NCBI GenBank assembly: GCA_037441385.1
Contig: JBBISH010000044.1
Span: forward strand, 1-43,005
Source: Myxococcales bacterium
GTDB taxonomy: Bacteria > Myxococcota_A > UBA9042
DNA length: 43,005 nt
Direction of reading: 5' to 3'
Part shown: positions 18,687 through 28,340 of the stretch, piece after piece
Position numbering within the stretch: the first letter of the stretch is position 1
Layout: every line of letters begins with the position of its first letter
The notes under the pieces: generated by a model
Seen by the model: only the letters and a program-made list of their open reading frames with translations
Databases searched by the model: none
Told to the model about the DNA's origin: nothing
Translations under genes and position numbers: made by a program

Positions 18687-19046
18687 GCGAAAGTCCTTTT
18701 TGACCGGATCGGCCGCGACAAACACGACGGGGTGGCCGCACAGGTGCCACAAAACACGCGGATTCTAGGTGTGGATCTCGCCTCGGTCAACGTCCAACAC
18801 GGCCAGACGGCCCTGCAGACTTTGGATGCGCCGGGCCGATCCCACACGGCGGGCCAGCGATCGGGCGGTCGGGTTGCCGCGCCCGCACGGCGACCTTGCG
18901 CCATAAAGGCGAGTTGACGCGCGACCTTGGCCCAGCTGCGCTCGCGGAGGGTAAGGCGCAAGGATTGGTGGCAGATGCCAGAAATTTGGCAAGCCAACCG
19001 GCAAGGGGCATTCGGGCTCGCCGCTCGCGGTGGCTCGCGTTCGCCA

Positions 19047-19726
19047 ATGTCCGGCCGCGACCGGTCGCTGCAGCGATGGGCCCCGCTCGCGCTGATCCTT
19101 GTGGCCGTGGCCTGCCACCCGGCGTCGCCGCGCAACAAGTACTTCGCCAACTGCAGCACGCCGGACGACTGCGCATCCAGCGTGTGCTACCAAGGGCTTT
19201 GCACAAGCGCGTGCGTCGGCAACGGCGACTGCGGTGCGGCCGTGTGCGTCTCTGGCGACTGCAAGCCCCTCCAGCGCATCGAGTGCGACGTCGACGTGGT
19301 CTGCGCGCGCGCCTCTTCAAAAGCCATGATTGCCGCAGCAGCCAATGCACCGGCGGTCGCTGCGTCCCGCTAGCGGTGGCCTGCAAGTCGTGGACCACGT
19401 GACCGGGCTGCGCTGGCAGCGGACGCCCGCTGCGGCGCCCATGGACTGGGCCGCGGCCGACCAACACTGCGCCAAGAATGCAAGTTTGCTGCCCGGCAAG
19501 GGGGTGGCGTTTGCCCAAGTTGGGCGAACTCGTCACTGTCTTGGACGCGCAGGCCATCGACCACATGGACGCGGCCTTTGCGGCCGGGAGCTCGACCGCA
19601 CCAACGGCGTACTGGACCGCCACACCATCGGCTACGAGCGGCTCGCCTTGGACGGTCGACTTCGTCCATGTCCGCACGCGCAATCAAGACGCATTGACGC
19701 AGGCGCGGGTGCGTTGCGTGCGGTGA
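19047..19726 (+). pseudogene. Cys-rich lipoprotein with a C-terminal DUF1566 (Lcl_C) domain, multiply frameshifted
   Basis: LVAVAC lipobox; VVDHVTGLRWQR...MDWAAADQHC, then WRLPKLGEL...YWTAT...WTVDF...VRCVR in a different frame (extra G at ~19500). Confidence 0.8.
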
Positions 19727-19780
19727 GCGGCGTGTGCGGTGAGCGGCGTGTGGGGTGAGCGGCGTGTGCGGTGAGCGGCG
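19718..19780. repeat. Tandem 16-bp repeat x4
   Basis: (GTGCGGTGAGCGGCGT)n; the first unit contains the DUF1566 stop codon. Confidence 0.9.
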
Positions 19781-19947
19781 CGGCGCGCCCCCTTCGCCGA
19801 CGGATATGCACCCCACCTGATTCGCGCCTGTGGGGTTTCTCTGGCCCGGTATGCAGCTGCCAACAATCAGGCGGGGACCCGGTTCGGGTCCGAAGAATTG
19901 CCTGAGTTTTCGGTCCGATTCGGGCAGATCGGCTGTGAAAAGGCTAG
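19778..19947 (-). repeat. Intergenic repeat R, long copy
   Basis: Reverse complement begins CTAGCCTTTTCA as at 24066 and 42934, and ends GGGGCGCGCCGCGC. Confidence 0.8.
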
Positions 19948-20107
19948 AGCACCGATCAGAAACCCAGTCCTGGGGGCAAACGTCGTGGCGGGTCGCGGCT
20001 GTGCCTGGTTCTTTGGGCCCGCCTGCGACCCACTGAGCATCAACGAGTTTTCGTGAGCGAGTAGTCTCGTTGCTCTGACCCTCGGAGATTTGTGATTGGT
20101 GTTCTAG
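19944..20107. mobile_element. MITE family B, copy 2
   Basis: Same TIRs and CTAG ends as 10665-10829. Confidence 0.88.
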
Positions 20108-20355
20108 GAGCGTGTCGGGATAATCCCGGCACAATCCTAGCGCCGCGTCTTGCGCGGCGGCAACTGACTGAAATCGCACGAATTCACTTCGGGCGATTTT
20201 CGGCCAGTTGGACAAACGAACAAGGCTAGGAGACTGGCGGCACCCAATAAGATCATACTGTATAACTAAATAGACATGTAGTGTCGCCCATTCTGCCGAC
20301 AGGCTCCTAGCACTGCAAACCATTCAGAGACCCTAGCCCGACGCGACTATCGGGT

Positions 20356-20400
20356 TTGTAGTCCTACACATTGTAGTCCTACACATTGTAGTCCTACACA
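20356..20400. repeat. Tandem 15-bp repeat x3
   Basis: (TTGTAGTCCTACACA)3, perfect; each unit is internally palindromic (TGTAG..CTACA). Confidence 0.9.
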
Positions 20401-20426
20401 AGCTGCCGGAATTCGAAGAACATCGG

Positions 20427-22391
20427 TCAGGCTGTAGGGCTGCGCGTCTCGCGGGCCGGGCGGCGCACCACCAGCGGCACCACCACAAGAATCGCCAGGT
20501 ACACCACCGCCAGGGGCGCGAAGATCGCCAGCGCCTGGTCCGGCAGGGCCACCATCAGCACCGCGGTCGCCGCCGCCACACTCCCTGCCGTCAGCGCCGG
20601 CCAGCCTTGCTTCCAGTGGACCAGCGCCGAGCAGGCGAACAGCAGCGCGTCGTCGCGCAGCACCACCGGCACATTCAGGTTTCCAGCATGGACTGCCAGC
20701 GCCCGGTGCACGGTCACCAGGGCCAGCGTCATCAGCGCCGCCCACAGCATGGTCCGGTTGACGTCGGTGCGCACCCGCTTCCACAGCGCAACCGTCGCCA
20801 CCGCCATGGCCGTGGTCAGCGCGGCCGCGACGGCGACCAAGAAGCGGCCCGCGGTGGCGAATTCCTGGCTGCGCGCCAGCCACCAAATCAGGCTGCCAAA
20901 CGCCAACAGCGGCCCGAACACCAGCAATCGCTGCCCTACTGCGGCGTACGGGTCTTGCGCAGCGGCCATGGCATCCAGTTCGGCGCGCCGCTTGGCCGCT
21001 TCGGCTTGCCGCAAACGGAGCGCCTGGATGCGCTCGGCCAACTGGGGCGCAGCGTGCTTCAGGTCCCGATAGCGAGTCTCAGCCTCGGCCAGGTTGCCTT
21101 GCGCCAGCGCAAAGTCGACCAGCAGTTCGTCCAGGGATTGAGCGGCGCGATCCAGTTCGCGATCGTCCGGCCGCAGACCGCGCACCTGCTGCAAGCCAAA
21201 CCCCGCCTCGGTGGCCAGTCGGTGAAATTCACCAATCATTGTCGCAGCCTCGTCCTCGCCCAGCGCCGCGGCCTGGTCCACCAGCGCCTGCAGTTGTTCG
21301 ATGCGCGAGCGCACCGTCGCTGCCACGCCATCGAGGGCACGACTACGCAGAAAACCCTTGAGGTTCATGGCAAATTCGCGAACACTGGGTCGCTCGCCCG
21401 GATCGGCCGCCGTGGCGCGATTGGCCAGGAGGCTCAAGGCCGGCGCAACCTCGGGCGGATAGCAATAGGGCGCGACCTGCGCTGCCGCGCTCAGCACCTC
21501 GCGCAACGTGCGGCCCTGGTGGCGGCCCTTGCCCGTCAGGATGAGGTGCAGGGTCGCCCCCAGCAAGAAGACATCGGCCGCCGGTCCAAGGCGCTGGCGG
21601 TGGCCATCCAGCATCTCGGGCGCCATGAACATCGGCGTCCCGACCACAGCGCTCGCCTCGCTGACCTGGTTCAGGTCAACGGCGACGCCCCAATCGCCCA
21701 GGTGCACTTCGCCGTAGCGCCCCACCAAGACGTTGTCGGGTTTGATGTCCAAGTGCAGGACGCGGCGGTCGTGGGCGTAGTCCACGGCCTCGCAGATGCG
21801 CAACAGGATCTGCAAGTGGGCCTCTAGCGGATCCCCGCCCAGGCTCGCCAATGCCTCGTGCTCTGGATGCAACAGCAGCTTGTCCCAACTGACGCCGTCG
21901 ATGCGCTTCATCACCAGCGCCGGCCGGCCGTCGCGATCCGCGCCCAGCAGATGCACAGGCACCACGGCCGGATGCTCTAGCCGGCCCATGATGGTCGCCT
22001 CGTGAAGCAGATTCCGCAGGGCGGCAGGCGAATTCGCGGAGGGTTTGCAGGTTTTGAGGGCCACCTCGCGGCGCAGCGACCGCTGCCGCGCCAAGTGCAC
22101 CCGGCCCATGCCGCCCTCGCCGAGCAGGGACACCAGCGTGAACTCGGCCGACGGGTCAGGCAGGGGCACACTCGGGTCGCCGGGCGCGGTCGCGTCGGTC
22201 CAGGTCAGGCGCGGCAAGGTGGGTCCCGGGCTGGACGGCTGGCCTGCGACGGGCCCGGCCAGCGTGACGTCCGTCTCCGCGTCGGCGGGCCGCAGCGTTC
22301 GGCCCAGGTCCACTTCGGCAGCATCCAGCGTGTCGGCAAACCAAGCTTGATCCAGTGGCCGCGTGGGCGCTGCACAAGATTGAGCATCCAT
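20427..22391 (-). CDS. Ser/Thr protein kinase with C-terminal TM helices
   Basis: LGEGGMGRV, VALK, HLDIKPDNV, DWG, GTPMFMAPE, DVFLLG; GGAGGAG RBS. Confidence 0.93.
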   Translation of the reverse strand: MDAQSCAAPTRPLDQAWFADTLDAAEVDLGRTLRPADAETDVTLAGPVAGQPSSPGPTLPRLTWTDATAPGDPSVPLPDPSAEFTLVSLLGEGGMGRVHLARQRSLRREVALKTCKPSANSPAALRNLLHEATIMGRLEHPAVVPVHLLGADRDGRPALVMKRIDGVSWDKLLLHPEHEALASLGGDPLEAHLQILLRICEAVDYAHDRRVLHLDIKPDNVLVGRYGEVHLGDWGVAVDLNQVSEASAVVGTPMFMAPEMLDGHRQRLGPAADVFLLGATLHLILTGKGRHQGRTLREVLSAAAQVAPYCYPPEVAPALSLLANRATAADPGERPSVREFAMNLKGFLRSRALDGVAATVRSRIEQLQALVDQAAALGEDEAATMIGEFHRLATEAGFGLQQVRGLRPDDRELDRAAQSLDELLVDFALAQGNLAEAETRYRDLKHAAPQLAERIQALRLRQAEAAKRRAELDAMAAAQDPYAAVGQRLLVFGPLLAFGSLIWWLARSQEFATAGRFLVAVAAALTTAMAVATVALWKRVRTDVNRTMLWAALMTLALVTVHRALAVHAGNLNVPVVLRDDALLFACSALVHWKQGWPALTAGSVAAATAVLMVALPDQALAIFAPLAVVYLAILVVVPLVVRRPARETRSPTA

Positions 22392-23049
22392 GGCGGTTCT
22401 CCTCCCAGGCGCGAGCGAGGGTAGCGCCAACTGGGCCCAAAGCATAGGGTCTTGCTGACGCGCCGAGCGCGCGAAAGAAAGCCGGTGGCGAATCGTCCAC
22501 GGGGCTTTGGCGGCCGAGACTAGCCTCCGACGCGACCCCGGCGGACAGCGCAGACGCGGTCGCCCCAAGCGATGCAAGTGGGGGAATGACTGCCCCCAGT
22601 ACCACTGCAACGGCAGGTGCCAACCTGGATGGGGCGAGTATCGCGGCCGCCTGGTTCAACATGCTGAGTTTCATGGACGGCGGGTGCCGGTCGGACAAGT
22701 TGAACCAACCGGGATTGGGCGGTCCGCCCGGCAGCGACTTTGTCCGTCGGCGCGAGGGGCCGCCGACCTCGATGGGCAGGGGCGCAGACGGGGCCCCCCA
22801 ACGCAGCACGCCCACAGGCAGCGGCTACCCACGACGCGGGGCGCAGGGCGAAGATCGCCGCACTGCAGACAGGCGGGCGACGCTGGCGACCGCAAGGCCG
22901 CGAGCGGCAAGCCCACTGCCGGGACCGTGCGGCGCCCGACCGACGCTGCCAAAATCGTTGGAAGAGACCCGCACGGACAATCCTGCGCATGGCCCTTGCG
23001 GTCGTTTCACGGCCGTGCTTGCATCGACCCCAAACACCGGGAGCCCACC

Positions 23050-24012
23050 ATGATCAGTCCCTACCAGGAACGCCAGCGCAAGCTGCAGATCGCCTACCAC
23101 GACCAGCACCCTGGTCTTTTCGACCATACGCCGCGGGGCGGCCACTTCCAAAGCAAACCGCGCGACTTCGTCTTGCAGCACGGACCTTCCAACTTGCATC
23201 CGGCGATCCGCGCCGAGGCGCAAGCCTACTTTGCCCGACACACCATCGCGTGGTGGGGTGGTACGGGGCCCAGTGGCCACCTCTTGTCTTCGCAGGTTGC
23301 GTGCGTGAACCACCTGTTCGCGGTCCGCAGCGACCGGGATGCCGTGACCCGATTGCTGCAGGCGCTGGATGGCGACGTTGCCGAAGCGCTCGCCATTCCC
23401 AGTGACACCGGCGCGCCGGGCTTTGTGCAATTCGAGGCGACTGGCGACGAATCCCACTTGAACGAGGGCAGGTTGCAGCGCGGCACCCAGTGCACTTCGC
23501 TCGACGCGCTGGCCTACGCACGCTTGCGAGATGGCCGCCGGCGCCTGTTTGGCATCGAGTGGAAGTACACCGAATACTACGGCCCAGAAGACAAGTTTCG
23601 CGACACGAAGTTAGAGGCTGGTCACAGCAAGGGCGAAGTCCGCAAGCGCCGCTACGCCAGCGTGCTCGACCAGTCGGCGCAGTTGACGTCGAGACAGTGG
23701 ACCGACTACGGCTGTGAGCCATTCTACCAACTGCTGCGACAGACGCTGCTGCTGGAACAACTGGTCGCCCACCGCACCACTGAGCGACTCGCGGCAGAGA
23801 GTTGGCGGCACATCCACGTCATTCCACGACAGAATGAAGCGCTGCTGGCCAAGGCCTACCCGCCCAGCGGGCTGCCGATGGAGGCCCACTGGCGCTCGCT
23901 CCTTCGCGACCAGACGCAGTATGTGGTGGTCGATCCGCGCGATTTTCTAGAGCCCTTGGGGTCGCAGTACGACGATCTGCGGACGTATCTGGGCGAGCGC
24001 TACTGGAACTAG
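23050..24012 (+). CDS. PD-(D/E)XK restriction-endonuclease-like protein (PGN_0703-like)
   Basis: HLLSSQVACVNHLF, TSLDA...IEWKYTE, FYQLLRQ motifs; GGAG RBS. Confidence 0.75.
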   Translation: MISPYQERQRKLQIAYHDQHPGLFDHTPRGGHFQSKPRDFVLQHGPSNLHPAIRAEAQAYFARHTIAWWGGTGPSGHLLSSQVACVNHLFAVRSDRDAVTRLLQALDGDVAEALAIPSDTGAPGFVQFEATGDESHLNEGRLQRGTQCTSLDALAYARLRDGRRRLFGIEWKYTEYYGPEDKFRDTKLEAGHSKGEVRKRRYASVLDQSAQLTSRQWTDYGCEPFYQLLRQTLLLEQLVAHRTTERLAAESWRHIHVIPRQNEALLAKAYPPSGLPMEAHWRSLLRDQTQYVVVDPRDFLEPLGSQYDDLRTYLGERYWN

Positions 24013-24069
24013 GCCTGCAAACCCGAAGTCCGTTCAGGGTTGGGCCTCTCGAATGGTTGGTAGTACTAG
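24009..24069 (+). mobile_element. Mini-MITE (family A), ~60 bp, CTAG-bounded
   Basis: Homologous to 42877-42937; begins at the TAG stop of the upstream gene. Confidence 0.7.
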
Positions 24070-24236
24070 CCTTTTCATACCAGTTCCGTCCGAACCGGAT
24101 CGAAAATACGGGCAATCTTTCGGGCCCGAACCGGGGTCCCCGCCTGATTCTCGCCTGGGGTGCGTATCAGTAGGCAAAAGGGGGCGCGCCGCGCACTCTG
24201 GGACGCCCGCCCCGTGCGCCCCCCGCGTGCGCCTAG
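24066..24236 (+). repeat. Intergenic repeat R, CTAG-bounded copy
   Basis: CTAGCCTTTTCA...GGATCGAAAA...CGGGCCCGAACCGGGGTCCCCGCCTGATTC...GGGGCGCGCCGCGCACTC...CTAG. Confidence 0.8.
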
Positions 24237-24242
24237 CGCCGC

Positions 24243-24295
24243 CTAGTACTCCGGCGTTGGCAACCCCCGAACGAACTTGAGATTTGGCGTACTAG
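24243..24295 (-). mobile_element. Mini-MITE A-related unit, reversed
   Basis: CTAGTACTCC...GGCGTACTAG ends; internal GAACGAACTT is the reverse complement of AAGTTCGTTC in the 42877 copy. Confidence 0.55.
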
Positions 24296-24348
24296 TTCAC
24301 AGGCCTCTATGAAGTTCAGCATTCTGAACCAAGCGGCAGTGGGCGCCC

Positions 24349-25878
24349 CTAGCGCAGCGCAAAAGTGTTGGCCGCACCCTGGCTTTCGACCCAGATCCCC
24401 AGGCCAACCGGCTCGCCGCCCAGCAGCGCCTCCAGGGTCAACAGGTCGCCAGGCCGAGTCCGCGCGAGCAGCCGCCCGCCATCCGCCGCGCTGCGCGCCA
24501 CCACCACCGCGTAGTCGGGTTCGCGCTTGGCGAACACGACCGTCGCCGTCTCGATGGTCGCCGCGCCGCCCGGATGAGCGGCCCGCGGCGGCGCCGCAAC
24601 TGCGTCCAGCTCGTGCTGCAAGTCCTTGCACGCACACTCTTTCCACGCCGCCGGCAGCGTCGAGTACAGCCCCACCGAGTACTTGGACAAAAAGCCGCCG
24701 TTGGCGCCGACCAAGCCGAATTCGCCAGGCCGGGCGCGCAACTGCGTCGCCATCTGGGCGATCGCGTGCATCGAGTAGTTGTTGCCCGGCCCGCCAAAGT
24801 ACGGCAGGCCGCCCGTCACCGTTAGCCCGCGTGGGTCGCCGGCCGCAAGCCCCAAGCCGTCCAGCGCCACCGCGGACACCGCGATCGGAAAACAGCTGTA
24901 GAAATCAAGAAGTGCCAGCTGGTCGAGCCGCCTACCGGCCATGTCCAGCGCCGCGCGCACCGCCCGCACCGCCGCCGGGTAGGCGCCCAAATCCGGCCGG
25001 TCCAGCAGGTCGCGCTCGGCCAGGTCGGCGTAGCCGTGCAGAAACACCCACTTTTCGCGCGGAATCTGCAACTCGCGGGCCGTGGCCACCGTGGTCAGCA
25101 CCAGAGCCGCCGCCTGATTGACTTGGTCGCGCGCCACCATGTGCAGCGGATAGGGCTCGGCAATCCAGCGGTTGCTCGCGGACACTTCGGCCAACTGGGC
25201 ACCGGTTTGGGCGACCACTCGGGTGGCGCTGAACGGGTTCTGGGCCGCCACCTGGGTAAAGGGCGCGAACAACTCGCCCATGGCGGCACGGTACTCGGCG
25301 CGGCCCTGGCGCAGGCGGGCGCGTCGCGCGTTCTCGAACAGCGCATAAATCCCCGGAATGAAAAGGAACTGATGCGCCAGCAACTCGGGCGACAGCAGCT
25401 CTTGCCAGCCCGCGCCGCGGTCCTCTACCGGATCGTCCAGGACTTCTGCCCAGTTGCGGGCCTCGCCGCGCGCGTGCAGATGTCGCAGGGTCGACATGGC
25501 CTCGCCGCCGGCCAGCAGCACCGCCTGCAGCTCACCGCGAGCCAAGCGCCGGGCAAAGCGATTCACCAGCTGCTGCGGGGTGTTGCCCCCCATCGTTTCC
25601 CAGTAGGCCTCTTTGGGGTGCAGGCCCAGCCGCTTGGCCAGCGAGCGCGGGAAGTTGTTCGACTTGCCAAAGGTCGCCGGCCCCGGAAATGAGTCCTCAA
25701 AGGTTCGCACCGTGGCCACTGCGTCCACGGCCGCGGCCAGTTGCGGGGTACCGGCGTCGTCCAGCGCGCGCCGAGCCGCCTGCGCCGCCAATTCCACTGG
25801 CGACAGGCCCCCAAAGTCGCTCTGCTCGATGCGCTCGGTAAACTGGCCTACTCCCACAAGAATCGGCGTACGGTCCAT
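24349..25878 (-). CDS. Thiolase-like protein (acetyl-CoA acetyltransferase family) with an extra C-terminal domain
   Basis: TPILVGVGQ, GGNTPQ, DFYSCFP, LTVTGGLPYFGGPGNNYSMH, ANGGFLSK. Confidence 0.9.
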   Translation of the reverse strand: MDRTPILVGVGQFTERIEQSDFGGLSPVELAAQAARRALDDAGTPQLAAAVDAVATVRTFEDSFPGPATFGKSNNFPRSLAKRLGLHPKEAYWETMGGNTPQQLVNRFARRLARGELQAVLLAGGEAMSTLRHLHARGEARNWAEVLDDPVEDRGAGWQELLSPELLAHQFLFIPGIYALFENARRARLRQGRAEYRAAMGELFAPFTQVAAQNPFSATRVVAQTGAQLAEVSASNRWIAEPYPLHMVARDQVNQAAALVLTTVATARELQIPREKWVFLHGYADLAERDLLDRPDLGAYPAAVRAVRAALDMAGRRLDQLALLDFYSCFPIAVSAVALDGLGLAAGDPRGLTVTGGLPYFGGPGNNYSMHAIAQMATQLRARPGEFGLVGANGGFLSKYSVGLYSTLPAAWKECACKDLQHELDAVAAPPRAAHPGGAATIETATVVFAKREPDYAVVVARSAADGGRLLARTRPGDLLTLEALLGGEPVGLGIWVESQGAANTFALR

Positions 25879-25938
25879 GGCCTTGCCCTCGCTCGTGCAG
25901 GCTGGTAGCGCGAGCTGTTTGCCCGGTTGCAGCGCCTG

Positions 25939-26598
25939 CTAGCGGCCCAGGTGCTTGTACAGGGTCCTTGCGGCGTCGGCCGCGCGCAGGTCGCTGAGCA
26001 GCGGCTCTTTGGCTAGCAGCTTGATGCCGATCTGGGTCAGGCTGCCGCGCGCCGCCTCGCAGCCGTGAGTCAGGCCGATGCGCACGCCCACCCGGTCGTC
26101 CTTGAAGTCGACAAAAGCAAACGACTTGTCGAAGCCTTCTAGAGTGAACTTGCAGTCGGCGTCCGGGTCGCCTTTGGACTTCTTCAAGAAGGGGTCGGCG
26201 GCCATGGCGGCGTCCACGTCGGCCCTGTCGAACAGGTCGTACAGCGACACACGCTGGCCGGTGCGCAAGTCGATCGTGGCAAAGTTGGACGACGCCCAAG
26301 GGTGCGCCGCGCCTTCGCAATAGCCACTGCCATTCTCTTCGAACGACACCAGCGCCCCCACAACGGACAGCAGCCGCCCGGTGTGCTCTTCGGTACAACC
26401 GCGTTCGGGGCGCTGTTGCTGCCACAAGACCACGGACCGGCCCTTCTTGGGCCGCGCCACGCCCTTGTCCCTCGCGGTGGCGATGGTCCATGATCCTGTA
26501 ACTACAGTCTTTTTGTCGATACGCGCCGGTTTGGCCAGCACAGGTCCGGCCAAGCTCAAACTAGCGCCGAGCGCGACCGCGAGGAGCCTGCGATGCAT
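25939..26598 (-). CDS. Hypothetical exported protein
   Basis: Signal-like MHRRLLAVALGASLSLAGPVLA; host-like codon usage. Confidence 0.75.
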   Translation of the reverse strand: MHRRLLAVALGASLSLAGPVLAKPARIDKKTVVTGSWTIATARDKGVARPKKGRSVVLWQQQRPERGCTEEHTGRLLSVVGALVSFEENGSGYCEGAAHPWASSNFATIDLRTGQRVSLYDLFDRADVDAAMAADPFLKKSKGDPDADCKFTLEGFDKSFAFVDFKDDRVGVRIGLTHGCEAARGSLTQIGIKLLAKEPLLSDLRAADAARTLYKHLGR

Positions 26599-26756
26599 GG
26601 GAAGTCCTGGACAAACGGCCGCGATTGGCCGGCGCCCGCAGTATCGGGGCTGGGTGCCCAGACCGTCAACGCGCTCGGGTTGTGCGGTTGCGGACCACGG
26701 CGCAGTTGTGGCAGGTTCCAAGGAACTTGCGGCCGTTCGGGTCGTCCAATGCAGCC

Positions 26757-27887
26757 ATGATCCTTGCGCCGCCGGCCATCGCCCTACTCGCCGTTCTGGC
26801 CACGTTGGCCGGGCCCGCCGCTGCCAAAGAAGCCGTGGACCACAGCTCTTGGCAAACCATTGGCCGCGCCTGGTTCCGCGCCGGCAACGGCCCGCTGCGC
26901 GACGCCGAAGCCCCGGCCGAGTACGCCGAGTGCGGACGCTGCCACGCCCGCATCGCCGCCGAATGGCGCGGCAGCCTGCATGGCAACGCCTGGAGCGACC
27001 CCCTGTTTCAAGCCAGCTACCGCCGCGAGCCCGAGCCGTTCTGCCGCAGCTGCCACGCGCCCCTGAGCCGCGAGCGAGAACCTAGCGGCAGCGCAGCCAG
27101 CGACGGCATCAGTTGCGCGGTGTGTCACGTGCGCGGCGGCGAGATCTACGGCAGCCACGCCCGCGCCCGCGACGCCAGCGGCCACTCCGTACAGGCCAGC
27201 AGCGACTTGGCGAATCCGGGGTTCTGCGGCGGCTGTCATCAATTCGGCTTCTTTGTGCTGCCAGCGCGGCCGGGCATCGCGCGCTTTGAAGGCCCCTTTG
27301 TGCAGCAGGCCACGTTTGCCGAGTGGGCCGACGGCCCCCAAGCCCGCGTGGGGCTGCGCTGCCAGGAGTGCCATATGCCCGCGCAGCGGCCCGAGGGTGG
27401 CCCAACTTGGCGCAGTCACGCCTTTCCGGGTGCCGACAGCGACTTGCTGCTGCAGGCCGTGCAAGTGCAGGCCACGGCGCAAGTCGACGCCGAAGGCACC
27501 CAGGTCGAGTTGGTGCTGACCAACCGCGCCGGCCATGCCTACCCCACCGGCGACTTGTTCCGCCGGGCGGTGCTGGAGGTGCGGCCAGTTGGAACTCCGA
27601 ACGACGACCGGGAGTTGCGACAGTACGTGCTCGCCCGCGTGTTTACCCGCGCCACGGGTAGCAGCCCGGCCCAGGGGCCCTGGACGTCGAACCGCATCGC
27701 CGACGACACCCGCTTGATGACCGGCGAGACGCGGCGCCTGCAGTGGCGGTTGCCGCGGACCGACCAAGTGCAATGGGTCCTTTGGGACGACAAGATGCCC
27801 ACGCCGGATCCCCGGCAGACCACCCCCAGCACGCCCACCCGTCGCCGCGCCTTGGCCCGTGGCATCATCGCGGTGCGCCCGCAGTAG
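26757..27887 (+). CDS. Multiheme c-type cytochrome (5 CxxCH)
   Basis: CGRCH, CRSCH, CAVCH, CGGCH, CQECH; signal peptide; AGHAYPTG motif. Confidence 0.9.
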   Translation: MILAPPAIALLAVLATLAGPAAAKEAVDHSSWQTIGRAWFRAGNGPLRDAEAPAEYAECGRCHARIAAEWRGSLHGNAWSDPLFQASYRREPEPFCRSCHAPLSREREPSGSAASDGISCAVCHVRGGEIYGSHARARDASGHSVQASSDLANPGFCGGCHQFGFFVLPARPGIARFEGPFVQQATFAEWADGPQARVGLRCQECHMPAQRPEGGPTWRSHAFPGADSDLLLQAVQVQATAQVDAEGTQVELVLTNRAGHAYPTGDLFRRAVLEVRPVGTPNDDRELRQYVLARVFTRATGSSPAQGPWTSNRIADDTRLMTGETRRLQWRLPRTDQVQWVLWDDKMPTPDPRQTTPSTPTRRRALARGIIAVRPQ

Positions 27888-27914
27888 ACTCGCGATCATC
27901 CCGGGTTGAAGCCC

Positions 27915-28337
27915 CTATGCCGTGCGAGCCCACTGGTACCAGCCCACATGCATCAGGCTGACGGCGGGTTCGTCGGCCAGCTTCAGGCTAGCCAAGGGCT
28001 GCGCCAGGGCGGCGGTGGCCTTGATCGCCAGGTCGGCCAACAGCCGCAGCTGCGGGCGGTCATTCCACGCCCAGCCGGCCACGGGAAACTTGGGGGCATA
28101 GAGGCGCAACCCATCCAGCGGCGAGCCCGGCGCCTTGAGCTGGGCACATTGAGCTGGGCACATTGAGCTGGGCACATTGAGCTTTGAGCTGGGCACATGG
28201 AGCTGGGCACGCACGGTCGCTTGAGTCGCCGGGGTTGTCGAACCGGGCAATTCGACCTGGACGGTGCCCACCATGGTCGCCGCGACGCTGGTTTTCTCGT
28301 GCACCAGCTCGACTTCCATGCCCACGGGCAGCGGCAA
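27915..28337 (-). CDS. Hypothetical ORF or gene remnant containing an in-frame tandem repeat expansion
   Basis: Directly follows the radical SAM stop; protein-like sequence on both sides of the repeat. Confidence 0.35.
   Translation of the reverse strand: MPLPVGMEVELVHEKTSVAATMVGTVQVELPGSTTPATQATVRAQLHVPSSKLNVPSSMCPAQCAQLKAPGSPLDGLRLYAPKFPVAGWAWNDRPQLRLLADLAIKATAALAQPLASLKLADEPAVSLMHVGWYQWARTA
28135..28211. repeat. Tandem 14-bp repeat, ~5.5 units
   Basis: (TTGAGCTGGGCACA)n with one half unit. Confidence 0.9.
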
Positions 28338-28340
28338 GTC

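Noticed and set aside
19047..19726. DUF1566 gene as a diversity-generating retroelement target
   Set aside because: No reverse transcriptase and no template repeat with adenine-specific differences seen in the window.
20257..20273. CTGTATAACTAAATAG as an SOS (LexA) box
   Set aside because: Mismatch in the conserved half-site, no adjacent gene start, and the probable host group uses a different LexA motif.
22507..23049. N-terminal extension of the nuclease ORF
   Set aside because: Low-complexity translation; the RBS and composition favour ATG 23050.
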